DNA of 64,000 nt from an uncultured Eubacteriales bacterium (GTDB taxonomy: Bacteria > Bacillota > Clostridia > Oscillospirales > CAG-272): the NCBI GenBank assembly GCA_934489945.1, contig CAKSSY010000003.1, positions 21 through 64,020 on the forward strand, written 5' to 3'. Each line of letters starts with the position of its first letter. Position 1 is the stretch's first letter. The notes under the pieces were generated by a model that was given only the letters and a program-made list of their open reading frames with translations, was not told the DNA's origin and did not search any database. The translations under genes were made by a program, and so were the position numbers. Below are positions 36,335-43,865 of the stretch, piece after piece.

Positions 36335-37747
36335 ATGGACAGAAAACAAAAATTGTTATCCAATACGCTGATCCTTGCCGTCGGCACCTTCAGCTCGAAA
36401 ATACTTGTGTTTTTCATGATGCCGCTGTACACCGCCTGTCTTGCACCGGGGGAATACAGTGCGGCGGATCTGATTACGCAGACTGCCAATTTTCTGATTC
36501 CCGTTGCCTGTGCCGGAATTACGGACGGGATATTTCGTTTTGCTATGGAACAAAACGAGGATAAAAAAACGGTGTTTTCATCCGGAATTGCCGTGCTTCT
36601 CGCGACAACGGCGGTCTTTTTGTTGCTTTCGCCCATGATTGGACTTTATGGAGAGTTAACCCGTTATGTCTGGCTTGTGGCGGTTTATGTTGTGGCGGCA
36701 AATTTTCATTCGGCGGTTTCTCAGTATATCCGCGCAAAGGGAAACATGACATTGTTTTCGGTAGGCGGTATTCTCGGAACAGCGTTGACGATTGCGTTCA
36801 ATTTGATTTTTCTGCTTGGGCTGGACATGGGGGTGATCGGGTATGTTCTTTCGGTTGTCCTCGGGGATGTGTTTGTTACGGTCTTTCTTGTGTTGTTTTC
36901 CGGTGTTTGGCGGGATATCGATTTTCGCACCGTAAACCGTATGAAAATTTCCGAAATGCTGAAATACAGTATTCCGATGATTCCCACGGTTATTTTTTGG
37001 TGGGTGACATCGGTGTCTGACCGTTTTCTTGTAATTGCCATTCAGGGGGATGCTGTCAATGGTCTTTATGCCGCGGCTTACAAAGTGCCGACACTTCTCA
37101 CACTTTTGTGCACGGTTTTTATTGAGGCTTGGCAGTTTTCCGCAGTCACGGAACGAGACGAAAAAGAACGCGCCGCATTTTTTACGGAGGTGTTTGCGGG
37201 ATTTCAGGGACTTCTTTTTATGGCAGCATCGGCATTGGTTTTGCTTGCTGAACCGATTACGAAAATTCTTCTTGATGACAGTTATTATGAGTCATGGCGA
37301 TATATTCCCGTGTTGGCTCTTGCCATGGTCTTTTCGTCGCTGGTTACTTTTATGGGCAGTGTTTATATGGTCAGGAAAAAAAGTATGTATTCCTTCGTGA
37401 CCGCGGCAATCGGAGCCATTGTCAATATTCTTCTGAATGTTCTGCTGATTCCGACATACTCGGCAATGGGAGCGGCGGTTGCTACTGTTGTCAGTTATCT
37501 TGTTGTATTGTGCATCCGTGCGGTTCATACGGTAAAACTTGTGAAATTTCGGGTGGGTGTGCCGCGCCTTGTATTCAATACCGTGGCTCTTGCGGGACAG
37601 TGTGTGCTTGCCCTGACGGAGTTTCGTTACCGGATTCCGCTTCTGCTTCTTTTGTTTGGCGCGATTTTGGCGGTCAACGGACGCGATATTATACGGGGGA
37701 GTCTCGGGATTCTGTCAAATCTGCGAAAAAAAAGCAAAAAGATATAA
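36335..37747 (+). CDS. MOP-superfamily oligosaccharide flippase (Wzx / polysaccharide biosynthesis protein family)
   Basis: Starts MDRKQKLLSNTLILAVGTFSSKILVFFMMPLYTACLAPGEYSAADL. About 14 TM segments, 470 aa. Confidence 0.75.
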   Translation: MDRKQKLLSNTLILAVGTFSSKILVFFMMPLYTACLAPGEYSAADLITQTANFLIPVACAGITDGIFRFAMEQNEDKKTVFSSGIAVLLATTAVFLLLSPMIGLYGELTRYVWLVAVYVVAANFHSAVSQYIRAKGNMTLFSVGGILGTALTIAFNLIFLLGLDMGVIGYVLSVVLGDVFVTVFLVLFSGVWRDIDFRTVNRMKISEMLKYSIPMIPTVIFWWVTSVSDRFLVIAIQGDAVNGLYAAAYKVPTLLTLLCTVFIEAWQFSAVTERDEKERAAFFTEVFAGFQGLLFMAASALVLLAEPITKILLDDSYYESWRYIPVLALAMVFSSLVTFMGSVYMVRKKSMYSFVTAAIGAIVNILLNVLLIPTYSAMGAAVATVVSYLVVLCIRAVHTVKLVKFRVGVPRLVFNTVALAGQCVLALTEFRYRIPLLLLLFGAILAVNGRDIIRGSLGILSNLRKKSKKI

Positions 37748-37764
37748 AAAGTTTTCAAAATCAC

Positions 37765-37793
37765 TTGCATTCATACGAAAAATGTGATATAAT
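37765..37793 (+). promoter_or_regulatory. Promoter of rplS
   Basis: TTGCAT, 17 nt, TATAAT. Confidence 0.5.
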
Positions 37794-37799
37794 ACAAAC

Positions 37800-37886
37800 A
37801 ATGTGTGCCATTCGGCACGTCAGAATTAGGGATAGTCCGCTGCGAAGCTCTGCATGAATGTCCCGATATGAAGGAGGAGCCAGATT
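37800..37886 (+). ncRNA. Structured rplS 5' leader (possible L19 autoregulatory leader)
   Basis: About 87-nt leader with hairpin GTGCC-attc-GGCAC and a pyrimidine/purine-rich segment before the GAAGGAGGAG RBS. L19 leaders are known upstream of rplS in Firmicutes. I could not test covariation. Confidence 0.3.
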
Positions 37887-38228
37887 ATGGATATGATTCA
37901 GGCTTTTACAAACGAGCAGCTCAAGGAAAATGTTCCTGAGATCAATGTGGGTGACACCGTCCGTGTCTATAACAAGATTAAAGAGGGTACCCGCGAAAGA
38001 ATTCAGATTTTTGAAGGCACGATTATCGCTAAGCACGGCGGCGGAATTTCCGAGACCTTTACCGTAAGACGTATTTCTTACGGTGTCGGTGTTGAAAAGA
38101 CTTTCCCGCTTCACTCTCCCAATGTGGATAAGGTGGAAACGATCCGCTCCGGTAGAGTCAGACGTGCAAAACTCTATTACCTGCGTGACAGAGTCGGTAA
38201 GGCGTCCAAGGTGAAAGAGAAAATCTGA
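37887..38228 (+). CDS. rplS: 50S ribosomal protein L19
   Basis: [62 protein letters not shown]. Confidence 0.97.
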   Translation: MDMIQAFTNEQLKENVPEINVGDTVRVYNKIKEGTRERIQIFEGTIIAKHGGGISETFTVRRISYGVGVEKTFPLHSPNVDKVETIRSGRVRRAKLYYLRDRVGKASKVKEKI

Positions 38229-38247
38229 ACCTGTTTTCGGAGAGATC

Positions 38248-38277
38248 AAGAGGTGTGCTTTCGGCATACCTCTTTTT
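38248..38277 (+). terminator. Intrinsic terminator after rplS
   Basis: AAGAGGTGTGC-tttcg-GCATACCTCTT followed by TTT. Ends only 16 nt before the DUF5131 start codon. Confidence 0.7.
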
Positions 38278-38293
38278 CCGTATCGGAGGAATT

Positions 38294-39013
38294 ATGGAGT
38301 ATTCTTGGAATCCGTGGCACGGTTGTCACAAACTCAGTCCCGGCTGTAAACACTGCTATGTTTATCGGATTGATGCGGCACACGGAAGGGAACCGGGCAA
38401 GGTAACACGAAATGCCGATTTTGACCTTCCGTTGCAACGGGGAAGAAGCGGATATAAAATACCGTCCGGAAGTCTTGTGTATACCTGCTTTTCCTCGGAC
38501 TTTTTGGTAGAGGATGCCGATGGATGGCGACCGGAGGTTTGGGATTGTATGCGGCAACGACCGGATTTGGATTTTCTTTTTATTACGAAACGTATCGATC
38601 GCTTTCTTTCTTGTGTGCCGGATGATTGGGGAGACGGTTATCCGAATGTGAGTGTCGGTTGCACCTGCGAAAATCAAAGTATGGCAGAATACCGACTGCC
38701 GTTTTTTCTTGAGGCACCGATCATTCACAAATTTATCGTTTGTGAACCGCTTCTTGAGAGGATTGATTTTACCGATATTCTGCACGATCCCGGAAAAATC
38801 GAACAAATCACTGTGGGAGGCGAATCGGGTCCCGAGGCGAGAGTGTGCGATTACGATTGGGTTCTGGGGATTCGCGATTTCTGTATTTCGGCAAACGTTC
38901 CGTTTCGGTTTCGTCAGACCGGAGCAAACTTCCGGCGAGGTGGGAAAGTTTTCCGAATTCGAAGGGAATTTCAACATTCTCAGGCAAAAAGAGCGGGCAT
39001 TGATTGGCATTAA
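38294..39013 (+). CDS. Phage Gp37/Gp68-family (DUF5131) three-Cys-motif protein
   Basis: ATG 38294 follows GGAGGA. Starts MEYSWNPWHGCHKLSPGCKHCYVY. Contains VGGESGPEAR, characteristic of the family. Confidence 0.75.
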   Translation: MEYSWNPWHGCHKLSPGCKHCYVYRIDAAHGREPGKVTRNADFDLPLQRGRSGYKIPSGSLVYTCFSSDFLVEDADGWRPEVWDCMRQRPDLDFLFITKRIDRFLSCVPDDWGDGYPNVSVGCTCENQSMAEYRLPFFLEAPIIHKFIVCEPLLERIDFTDILHDPGKIEQITVGGESGPEARVCDYDWVLGIRDFCISANVPFRFRQTGANFRRGGKVFRIRREFQHSQAKRAGIDWH

Positions 39014-39087
39014 GAGGCGTTTTTCGATGGAATGTGCTCTTTTTTGTAAAATATTTTGAATTTCGTAAAACTTTTTCTAAAAAACTA

Positions 39088-39116
39088 TAGACTTTTTCAG
39101 GAAAATCATATATAAT
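39088..39116 (+). promoter_or_regulatory. Candidate promoter of the hydrogenase operon
   Basis: TAGACT (4/6 match to the -35 consensus), 17 nt, TATAAT (39111-39116). Confidence 0.35.
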
Positions 39117-39164
39117 AATTAGTATACATTGCTATGATGAGGACAGCATCATGCGATGGAGTGG

Positions 39165-39207
39165 GGTATGTCAGATTAGCAAAAATCCGGCATACCGTAT
39201 ATTTTGT
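39165..39207 (+). promoter_or_regulatory. Hairpin plus U-rich tract in the hyd operon leader (weak attenuator candidate)
   Basis: GGTATGTC (39165-39172) pairs with GGCATACC (39189-39196), an 8-bp stem including one G-U pair, with a 16-nt loop, followed by GTATATTTTG. A second hairpin lies at 39131-39154. Confidence 0.3.
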
Positions 39208-39248
39208 CAGAGTTAGTTAAAGGAATATCAATCAGGAGGTTTAGTTGC

Positions 39249-39743
39249 ATGAAAAAGAAATTGACGACTGTCACATTCAAGGGAACCGAAGAACAGGAGA
39301 AGAAATTGCTTGCCGTTATCGACGAGTATAGGGGCATTGAGGGAAATCTTCTTCCTGTTCTCCAGGGGGCACAGGATATTTACGGATATCTTCCCATTGA
39401 AGTGCAGAAAATCATCGCCAGAGAGTTGGATGTGTCGCTGACCGAAATTTACGGTGTCGCATCTTTCTACTCCCAGTTTAAGCTTAACCCCAACGGAGAG
39501 GTTGCGATTGCCGTTTGCTTGGGGACCGCTTGCTATGTTAAGGGATCCGGAAAAATCGCCGATAAGGTGACGGAAATTGTCGGAGTGGCTCCCGGTGAGA
39601 CATCTTCCGATGGCAAATACAGCTTTGAAGCAACCCGTTGCATCGGCGCATGTGGTCTGGCTCCTGTTTTGACCGTCAACGGAGATGTATACGGACGTCT
39701 TTCGCCCGCAGACATCGAAGGCATTATTGAAAAATACAGATAA
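39249..39743 (+). CDS. hydC: NuoE-like [2Fe-2S] subunit of bifurcating [FeFe]-hydrogenase (HydC)
   Basis: Thioredoxin-like 2Fe-2S motif: CLGTACYVKG...CIGACGLAPV. RBS AGGAGG. Confidence 0.88.
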   Translation: MKKKLTTVTFKGTEEQEKKLLAVIDEYRGIEGNLLPVLQGAQDIYGYLPIEVQKIIARELDVSLTEIYGVASFYSQFKLNPNGEVAIAVCLGTACYVKGSGKIADKVTEIVGVAPGETSSDGKYSFEATRCIGACGLAPVLTVNGDVYGRLSPADIEGIIEKYR

Positions 39744-39753
39744 GCGGAAAAGT

Positions 39754-40116
39754 ATGAAGATTCACGAGATTTCCCGGCTTCTTGATGCCAAAATCTGCTG
39801 CTGTGAAGAAAAGGCAGACAGTGAGGTCAGTTCGGCTTGCGGAAGCGACATGATGAGCGATGTACTTGCCTTTGTAAAGGATCAGGCGGTTCTGCTCACC
39901 GGTCTTGTCAATTCGCAGGTGATTCGTACCGCGGAAATGATGGATATGCGTTGCATTGTCTTTGTTCGGAACAAACAGCCGACCGAGGAGATGCTCGCAA
40001 TTGCCCGTGACAGCGGTATTGTTGTACTGACAACCCCTATGAGAATGTACGAGGCGTGCGGAGTTCTATACTCAAGCGGTCTCAACAGTCTGAAGGTGGC
40101 TGCCCGTCATGAGTGA
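39754..40116 (+). CDS. DRTGG-domain protein (copy 1)
   Basis: 120 aa. The pattern AVLLTGLVNSQVIRTAEMMDMRCIVFVRNKQPTEEMLAIARDSGIVVLTTPMRMYEACGVL fits the DRTGG fold. Weak RBS. Confidence 0.6.
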   Translation: MKIHEISRLLDAKICCCEEKADSEVSSACGSDMMSDVLAFVKDQAVLLTGLVNSQVIRTAEMMDMRCIVFVRNKQPTEEMLAIARDSGIVVLTTPMRMYEACGVLYSSGLNSLKVAARHE

Positions 40117-40531
40117 GCCGCTTGTCTATACATTTCAGGTCGACGGTGATAATTTTACCTCGGCGGGCGAGGCTTCGGTTAAGATGAAGAAGAATCTCCG
40201 GATGCTGGCAATTTCGCCGGATATCATTCGCCGTGTTGCCATTGCCATGTATGAAGGAGAAATCAATATGGTGATTCATGCGGGCGGCGGCGTCGCTACG
40301 GTCAGTGTGTATCATGACCGTATAGAGATTGTACTTGACGATCAGGGACCCGGCATCGCCGATATTGATCTTGCTATGAAAGAGGGCTTTTCCACGGCTC
40401 CCGAGAACATCAGGAACCTTGGCTTCGGAGCGGGTATGGGACTTCCGAATATGAAACGGAACACCGATACTATGAATATTGAGTCGACACTTGGTGTGGG
40501 AACCAAGATCACCATGACGGTGAAGATCTGA
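40109..40531 (+). CDS. Small GHKL/HATPase_c protein (RsbW/SpoIIAB-size Ser/Thr-kinase-like)
   Basis: G1 box DQGPGI and G2 box GFGAGMGLP. 140 aa. Overlaps the upstream gene by 8 nt. Confidence 0.75.
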   Translation: MSEPLVYTFQVDGDNFTSAGEASVKMKKNLRMLAISPDIIRRVAIAMYEGEINMVIHAGGGVATVSVYHDRIEIVLDDQGPGIADIDLAMKEGFSTAPENIRNLGFGAGMGLPNMKRNTDTMNIESTLGVGTKITMTVKI

Positions 40532-40564
40532 TGTTGTCCGATCTCCTGAAAGGAAGAATGGAAA

Positions 40565-41839
40565 ATGACATCCTATCAACATTCGGTATCCTTAAAGCTC
40601 GATAAATGCCGCGGTTGTACACATTGTCTGAAACATTGTCCGACCGAGGCAATACGGGTTCGTGACGGTCACGCGGTTATCAATGCCGCGCGGTGTGTGG
40701 ATTGCGGACAGTGTATTCAGTATTGTCCGCATCAGGCGAAAAAGGCGGCATCCGATAAATTGTCTGATATTTCAAAGAGCAGGTGGAAGATTGCTTTACC
40801 GGCTCCCTCGCTGTTTGGACAGTTTGACAATCTGGATGATATCGACTATGTCTTGCAGGGACTTTTGGATTGTGGTTTTGACGACGTATATGAAGTCGCA
40901 CGTGCGGCAGAACTGGTTTCCGATTATACTAGAAAATATATGAAGGAAGCAAAGCCGGAATTGCCTGTCATTTCGTCGGCGTGCCCCGTGGTCGAACGAC
41001 TTATCGGGTTGCGCTATCCGTATCTTGCCGAACACCTTCTGCCGATTTTGCCGCCTATGGAGATTGCGGCAATGGAGGCGAGAAAGGAAGCGGTGGAGAA
41101 ACATCCGGAATTGTCTGCCGATGATGTTTGCGTCGTGTTTATTTCGCCGTGTCCCGCAAAGGTCAGTTACGTTAAAAATCGTGAACCTGATAAAAAATCC
41201 AATGTGGATTTTGTCGTCTCCATCTCGGATGTGTATTTTGAACTTCTCGGCGTAATGAAAAAAGCCATTACTCCTATTCCTGTTTCCCGAACCGGCATGA
41301 TTGGTCTCGGATGGGCGAGCACGGGCGGAGAGGCAACCGCGATTTTCAATGACAAATATCTGGCAGCAGACGGCATTGATAATGTTGTTCATGTCCTGGA
41401 AGAACTTGACAACGGGTCTTTCCCGGAGTTAGAGTTTATTGAACTTAACGCTTGCGCCGGTGGTTGCGTCGGTGGCGTTATGAATGTAGTTAACCCTTTT
41501 ATTGCCAAGGCACGTTTGCGCTCATTACGCCGGTATCTTCCGGTTTCTCAGAACTGGGCGGCATTGGATGGAGCAGAAGTGCCGGGTGAGGTGATCCGTC
41601 ATGCCGATTTTCGATATGAGTCGGTCTCATCTTTTGGTCATGATCGCAAGGAATCCATGTGCATGATGAGCAGGATGGAGGAAATCTGTAAAGAACTTCC
41701 CGGAATCGATTGCGGTTCCTGCGGAGCACCGACATGTCGCGCATTTGCTACTGATATTGTCAGAGGTGAGGCTGCGATTGGTGAGTGTCCCGTTTTGTGG
41801 AGAAAAAACAGGGAAGAAACGGATCACAGCGAAAGTTGA
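40565..41839 (+). CDS. [FeFe]-hydrogenase-like protein, putative sensory type (HydS-like, no PAS domain)
   Basis: Two ferredoxin motifs (CRGCTHCLKHCP, CVDCGQCIQYCP). Degenerate H-domain motifs SSACPVV, ISPCPAKV and ELNACAGGCVGGV. C-terminal LPGIDCGSCGAPTCRAFA is an RnfB-type 4-Cys motif. Confidence 0.8.
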   Translation: MTSYQHSVSLKLDKCRGCTHCLKHCPTEAIRVRDGHAVINAARCVDCGQCIQYCPHQAKKAASDKLSDISKSRWKIALPAPSLFGQFDNLDDIDYVLQGLLDCGFDDVYEVARAAELVSDYTRKYMKEAKPELPVISSACPVVERLIGLRYPYLAEHLLPILPPMEIAAMEARKEAVEKHPELSADDVCVVFISPCPAKVSYVKNREPDKKSNVDFVVSISDVYFELLGVMKKAITPIPVSRTGMIGLGWASTGGEATAIFNDKYLAADGIDNVVHVLEELDNGSFPELEFIELNACAGGCVGGVMNVVNPFIAKARLRSLRRYLPVSQNWAALDGAEVPGEVIRHADFRYESVSSFGHDRKESMCMMSRMEEICKELPGIDCGSCGAPTCRAFATDIVRGEAAIGECPVLWRKNREETDHSES

Positions 41840-41848
41840 GGGAGCGGT

Positions 41849-42178
41849 ATGAAAGTAAGCGAACTTGCCGAAAAATTGAAATTGGATTGTCTTGCTGTGC
41901 CGATGCCGGAGCGTGAGATTACCGGAGCTTATGCAGGAGATCTCCTGAGTTGGGTGATGGGACGCGCAGAGGCAAACTGTGTTTGGGCGACAATCATGAA
42001 TAATATCAATGTTCTGGCGGTTGCGTCGTTGGCGGATGTCGCGGTTGCGGTGATTTGCGAGGGCTGCGAGGTGTCAGACGAGATTGTACAGACCGCTATG
42101 AAAAAAGGCGTAAATCTTATGCGGACGGAAATGTCTGTGTATGAATTTTGCGTCGCAGTTTCAAGGTATATTTCATGA
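41849..42178 (+). CDS. DRTGG-domain protein (copy 2)
   Basis: 109 aa. GAYAGDLLSWVMGRAEANCVWATIMNNINVLAVASLADVAVAVICEGCEVSDEIVQTAMKKGVNLMRT. RBS GAGGGAG. Confidence 0.6.
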   Translation: MKVSELAEKLKLDCLAVPMPEREITGAYAGDLLSWVMGRAEANCVWATIMNNINVLAVASLADVAVAVICEGCEVSDEIVQTAMKKGVNLMRTEMSVYEFCVAVSRYIS

Positions 42179-42906
42179 ATCGGTATTCATACGACCTTCA
42201 TGTTCACTCCTGTCTTTCCCCCTGTGCCGATAACGACATGACGCCGAATAACATAGCGGGAATGGCGGCGATTAAGGGACTTGGGATTGTGGCACTTACC
42301 GATCATAATTCAACCAAAAACTGTCGTGCATTCTTTGCTGCGGCGAAGAGGAACGGCATTGTTCCCGTTGCCGGCATGGAAATGACGACGGCGGAGGATA
42401 TACATATTGTTTGTCTCTTTCCTACGTTGGAAAGTGCCGAGGATTTTGACAGGGAATATCAACAATATCGGATTTTTTATCCGAACCGACCTGAGATTTT
42501 CGGAGATCAGCTCATTTTGGATGAAAATGACGAGGTGATAGGGCGGGAAGAAAATCTTTTGCTCAACGCCTCTACACTTTCGGTGCCGGATGCCGTTCGA
42601 TTGCTTGACCCATATGGAGCCGTTGCGTTTCCTGCTCATATTGACCGGGAGGAAAACGGAATGGTTGCGGTACTCGGTTGTATTCCGGAGAAACCGCATT
42701 TTGATTGTGTGGAATTTCGGGATAAATCCGCAATCGGCGAATATACGGAAAAATATAGATTGAAGGATAAAAGAATTCTTACCGATTCCGATGCTCATTA
42801 TCTTTGGGATATCAGTGAGGCAGAAAATTTTCTGATGTTGGAGGATGAGCCGTACAGTTCGGCACTCGTGAGAGGGTCGCTGATGCGGTTCCTTGCCGGA
42901 AAGTGA
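42175..42906 (+). CDS. PHP-family metal-dependent phosphoesterase
   Basis: Starts MNRYSYDLHVHSCLSPCADNDMTP, with TDHNS and DSDAH motifs. ATGA overlap with the upstream stop. Confidence 0.8.
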   Translation: MNRYSYDLHVHSCLSPCADNDMTPNNIAGMAAIKGLGIVALTDHNSTKNCRAFFAAAKRNGIVPVAGMEMTTAEDIHIVCLFPTLESAEDFDREYQQYRIFYPNRPEIFGDQLILDENDEVIGREENLLLNASTLSVPDAVRLLDPYGAVAFPAHIDREENGMVAVLGCIPEKPHFDCVEFRDKSAIGEYTEKYRLKDKRILTDSDAHYLWDISEAENFLMLEDEPYSSALVRGSLMRFLAGK

Positions 42907-43451
42907 AAGAAATTTCTCTTAATATTCTTGACATTGTGCAGAATTCGTTGAAAGCCGGTGCAACCCGCATCGAAATATTTATTGATGAGACCGAAACAAC
43001 ACTTACCTTTTCGGTGCATGATAACGGTTGCGGAATGAGTGAGGCGTTTCTCGCCCACGTGACCGAGCCCTTTACGACTACGCGCACAACGCGTCGTGTC
43101 GGATTGGGGCTTCCGCTTTTGAAAATGGAGGCGGAGATGACGGGCGGTACATTTTCCATTCAGTCCCGTAGCGAGAAGGAATACCCCAATCACGGAACAA
43201 GTGTTACCGCAATGTTCCGAAAGGATAATATCGACTGTATTCCGCTCGGTGATATTGTCGGAACGGTTTGCGTTCTTGTGAGCGGCATCGGAGAGGAAAA
43301 TATTTTGTTTGAACATCGTATGCCGAATGGGAAGGTAAGGCTTTCCACCGCAGAAATGCGGGAAGTCCTGGGCGATATTCCGCTTGCTTCTCCGGAGGTT
43401 GTAAATTGGGTAAGAGAGTATCTGAAAGAGGCATATCAAATTTGTAGTTAA
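42903..43451 (+). CDS. GHKL/HATPase_c protein (second, 182 aa)
   Basis: N-box NILDIVQNSLKAGA, G1 DNGCGM, G2 GLGLPLL. GTG start with GTGA overlap. Confidence 0.75.
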   Translation: MKEISLNILDIVQNSLKAGATRIEIFIDETETTLTFSVHDNGCGMSEAFLAHVTEPFTTTRTTRRVGLGLPLLKMEAEMTGGTFSIQSRSEKEYPNHGTSVTAMFRKDNIDCIPLGDIVGTVCVLVSGIGEENILFEHRMPNGKVRLSTAEMREVLGDIPLASPEVVNWVREYLKEAYQICS

Positions 43452-43480
43452 AAATTCAATATAAAGAAAGGATTTCTTAC

Positions 43481-43852
43481 ATGAAAACACTGGAAGAACT
43501 TTCCGCGATCCGTGATCGCATGAAAAGCAAGGTCGCTTTGCGCGAGGAAAGCAATGAAATCAGAATTGTTGTGGGTATGGCAACCTGCGGAATTGCTGCA
43601 GGAGCAAGACCGGTTCTGAATACTTTTGTCGAGGAAGTCGACAAGGCAGGTCTTGTTGGTACGGTTTCCGTGACACAGACGGGTTGTATCGGTATGTGCC
43701 GCTTTGAGCCGATTGTTGAAGTTATGAAAGCCGGAGAAGAGAAGGTTACATACGTCAAAATGACTCCCGATAAGGCAAAGGAAGTTATGGAAAAGCATAT
43801 CAAGGGCGGCAAACCCGTCGTTGAATATACAATAGGCAACGCCAAAATATAA
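43481..43852 (+). CDS. Thioredoxin-like [2Fe-2S] ferredoxin (HydD-like small subunit)
   Basis: GMATCGIAAGA...TGCIGMCRFEPIV. 123 aa. Lies immediately upstream of hydB. Confidence 0.8.
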   Translation: MKTLEELSAIRDRMKSKVALREESNEIRIVVGMATCGIAAGARPVLNTFVEEVDKAGLVGTVSVTQTGCIGMCRFEPIVEVMKAGEEKVTYVKMTPDKAKEVMEKHIKGGKPVVEYTIGNAKI

Positions 43853-43865
43853 GGAGGAAAAAAAC

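Noticed and set aside
39044-39060. A possible Rex (NADH-sensing repressor) operator upstream of the hydrogenase operon: TTGTAAAATATTTTGAA.
   Set aside because: Only the left half resembles TTGTGAA. The right half is not the required inverted TTCACAA, and the sequence lies inside the 3' end of the DUF5131 ORF region.
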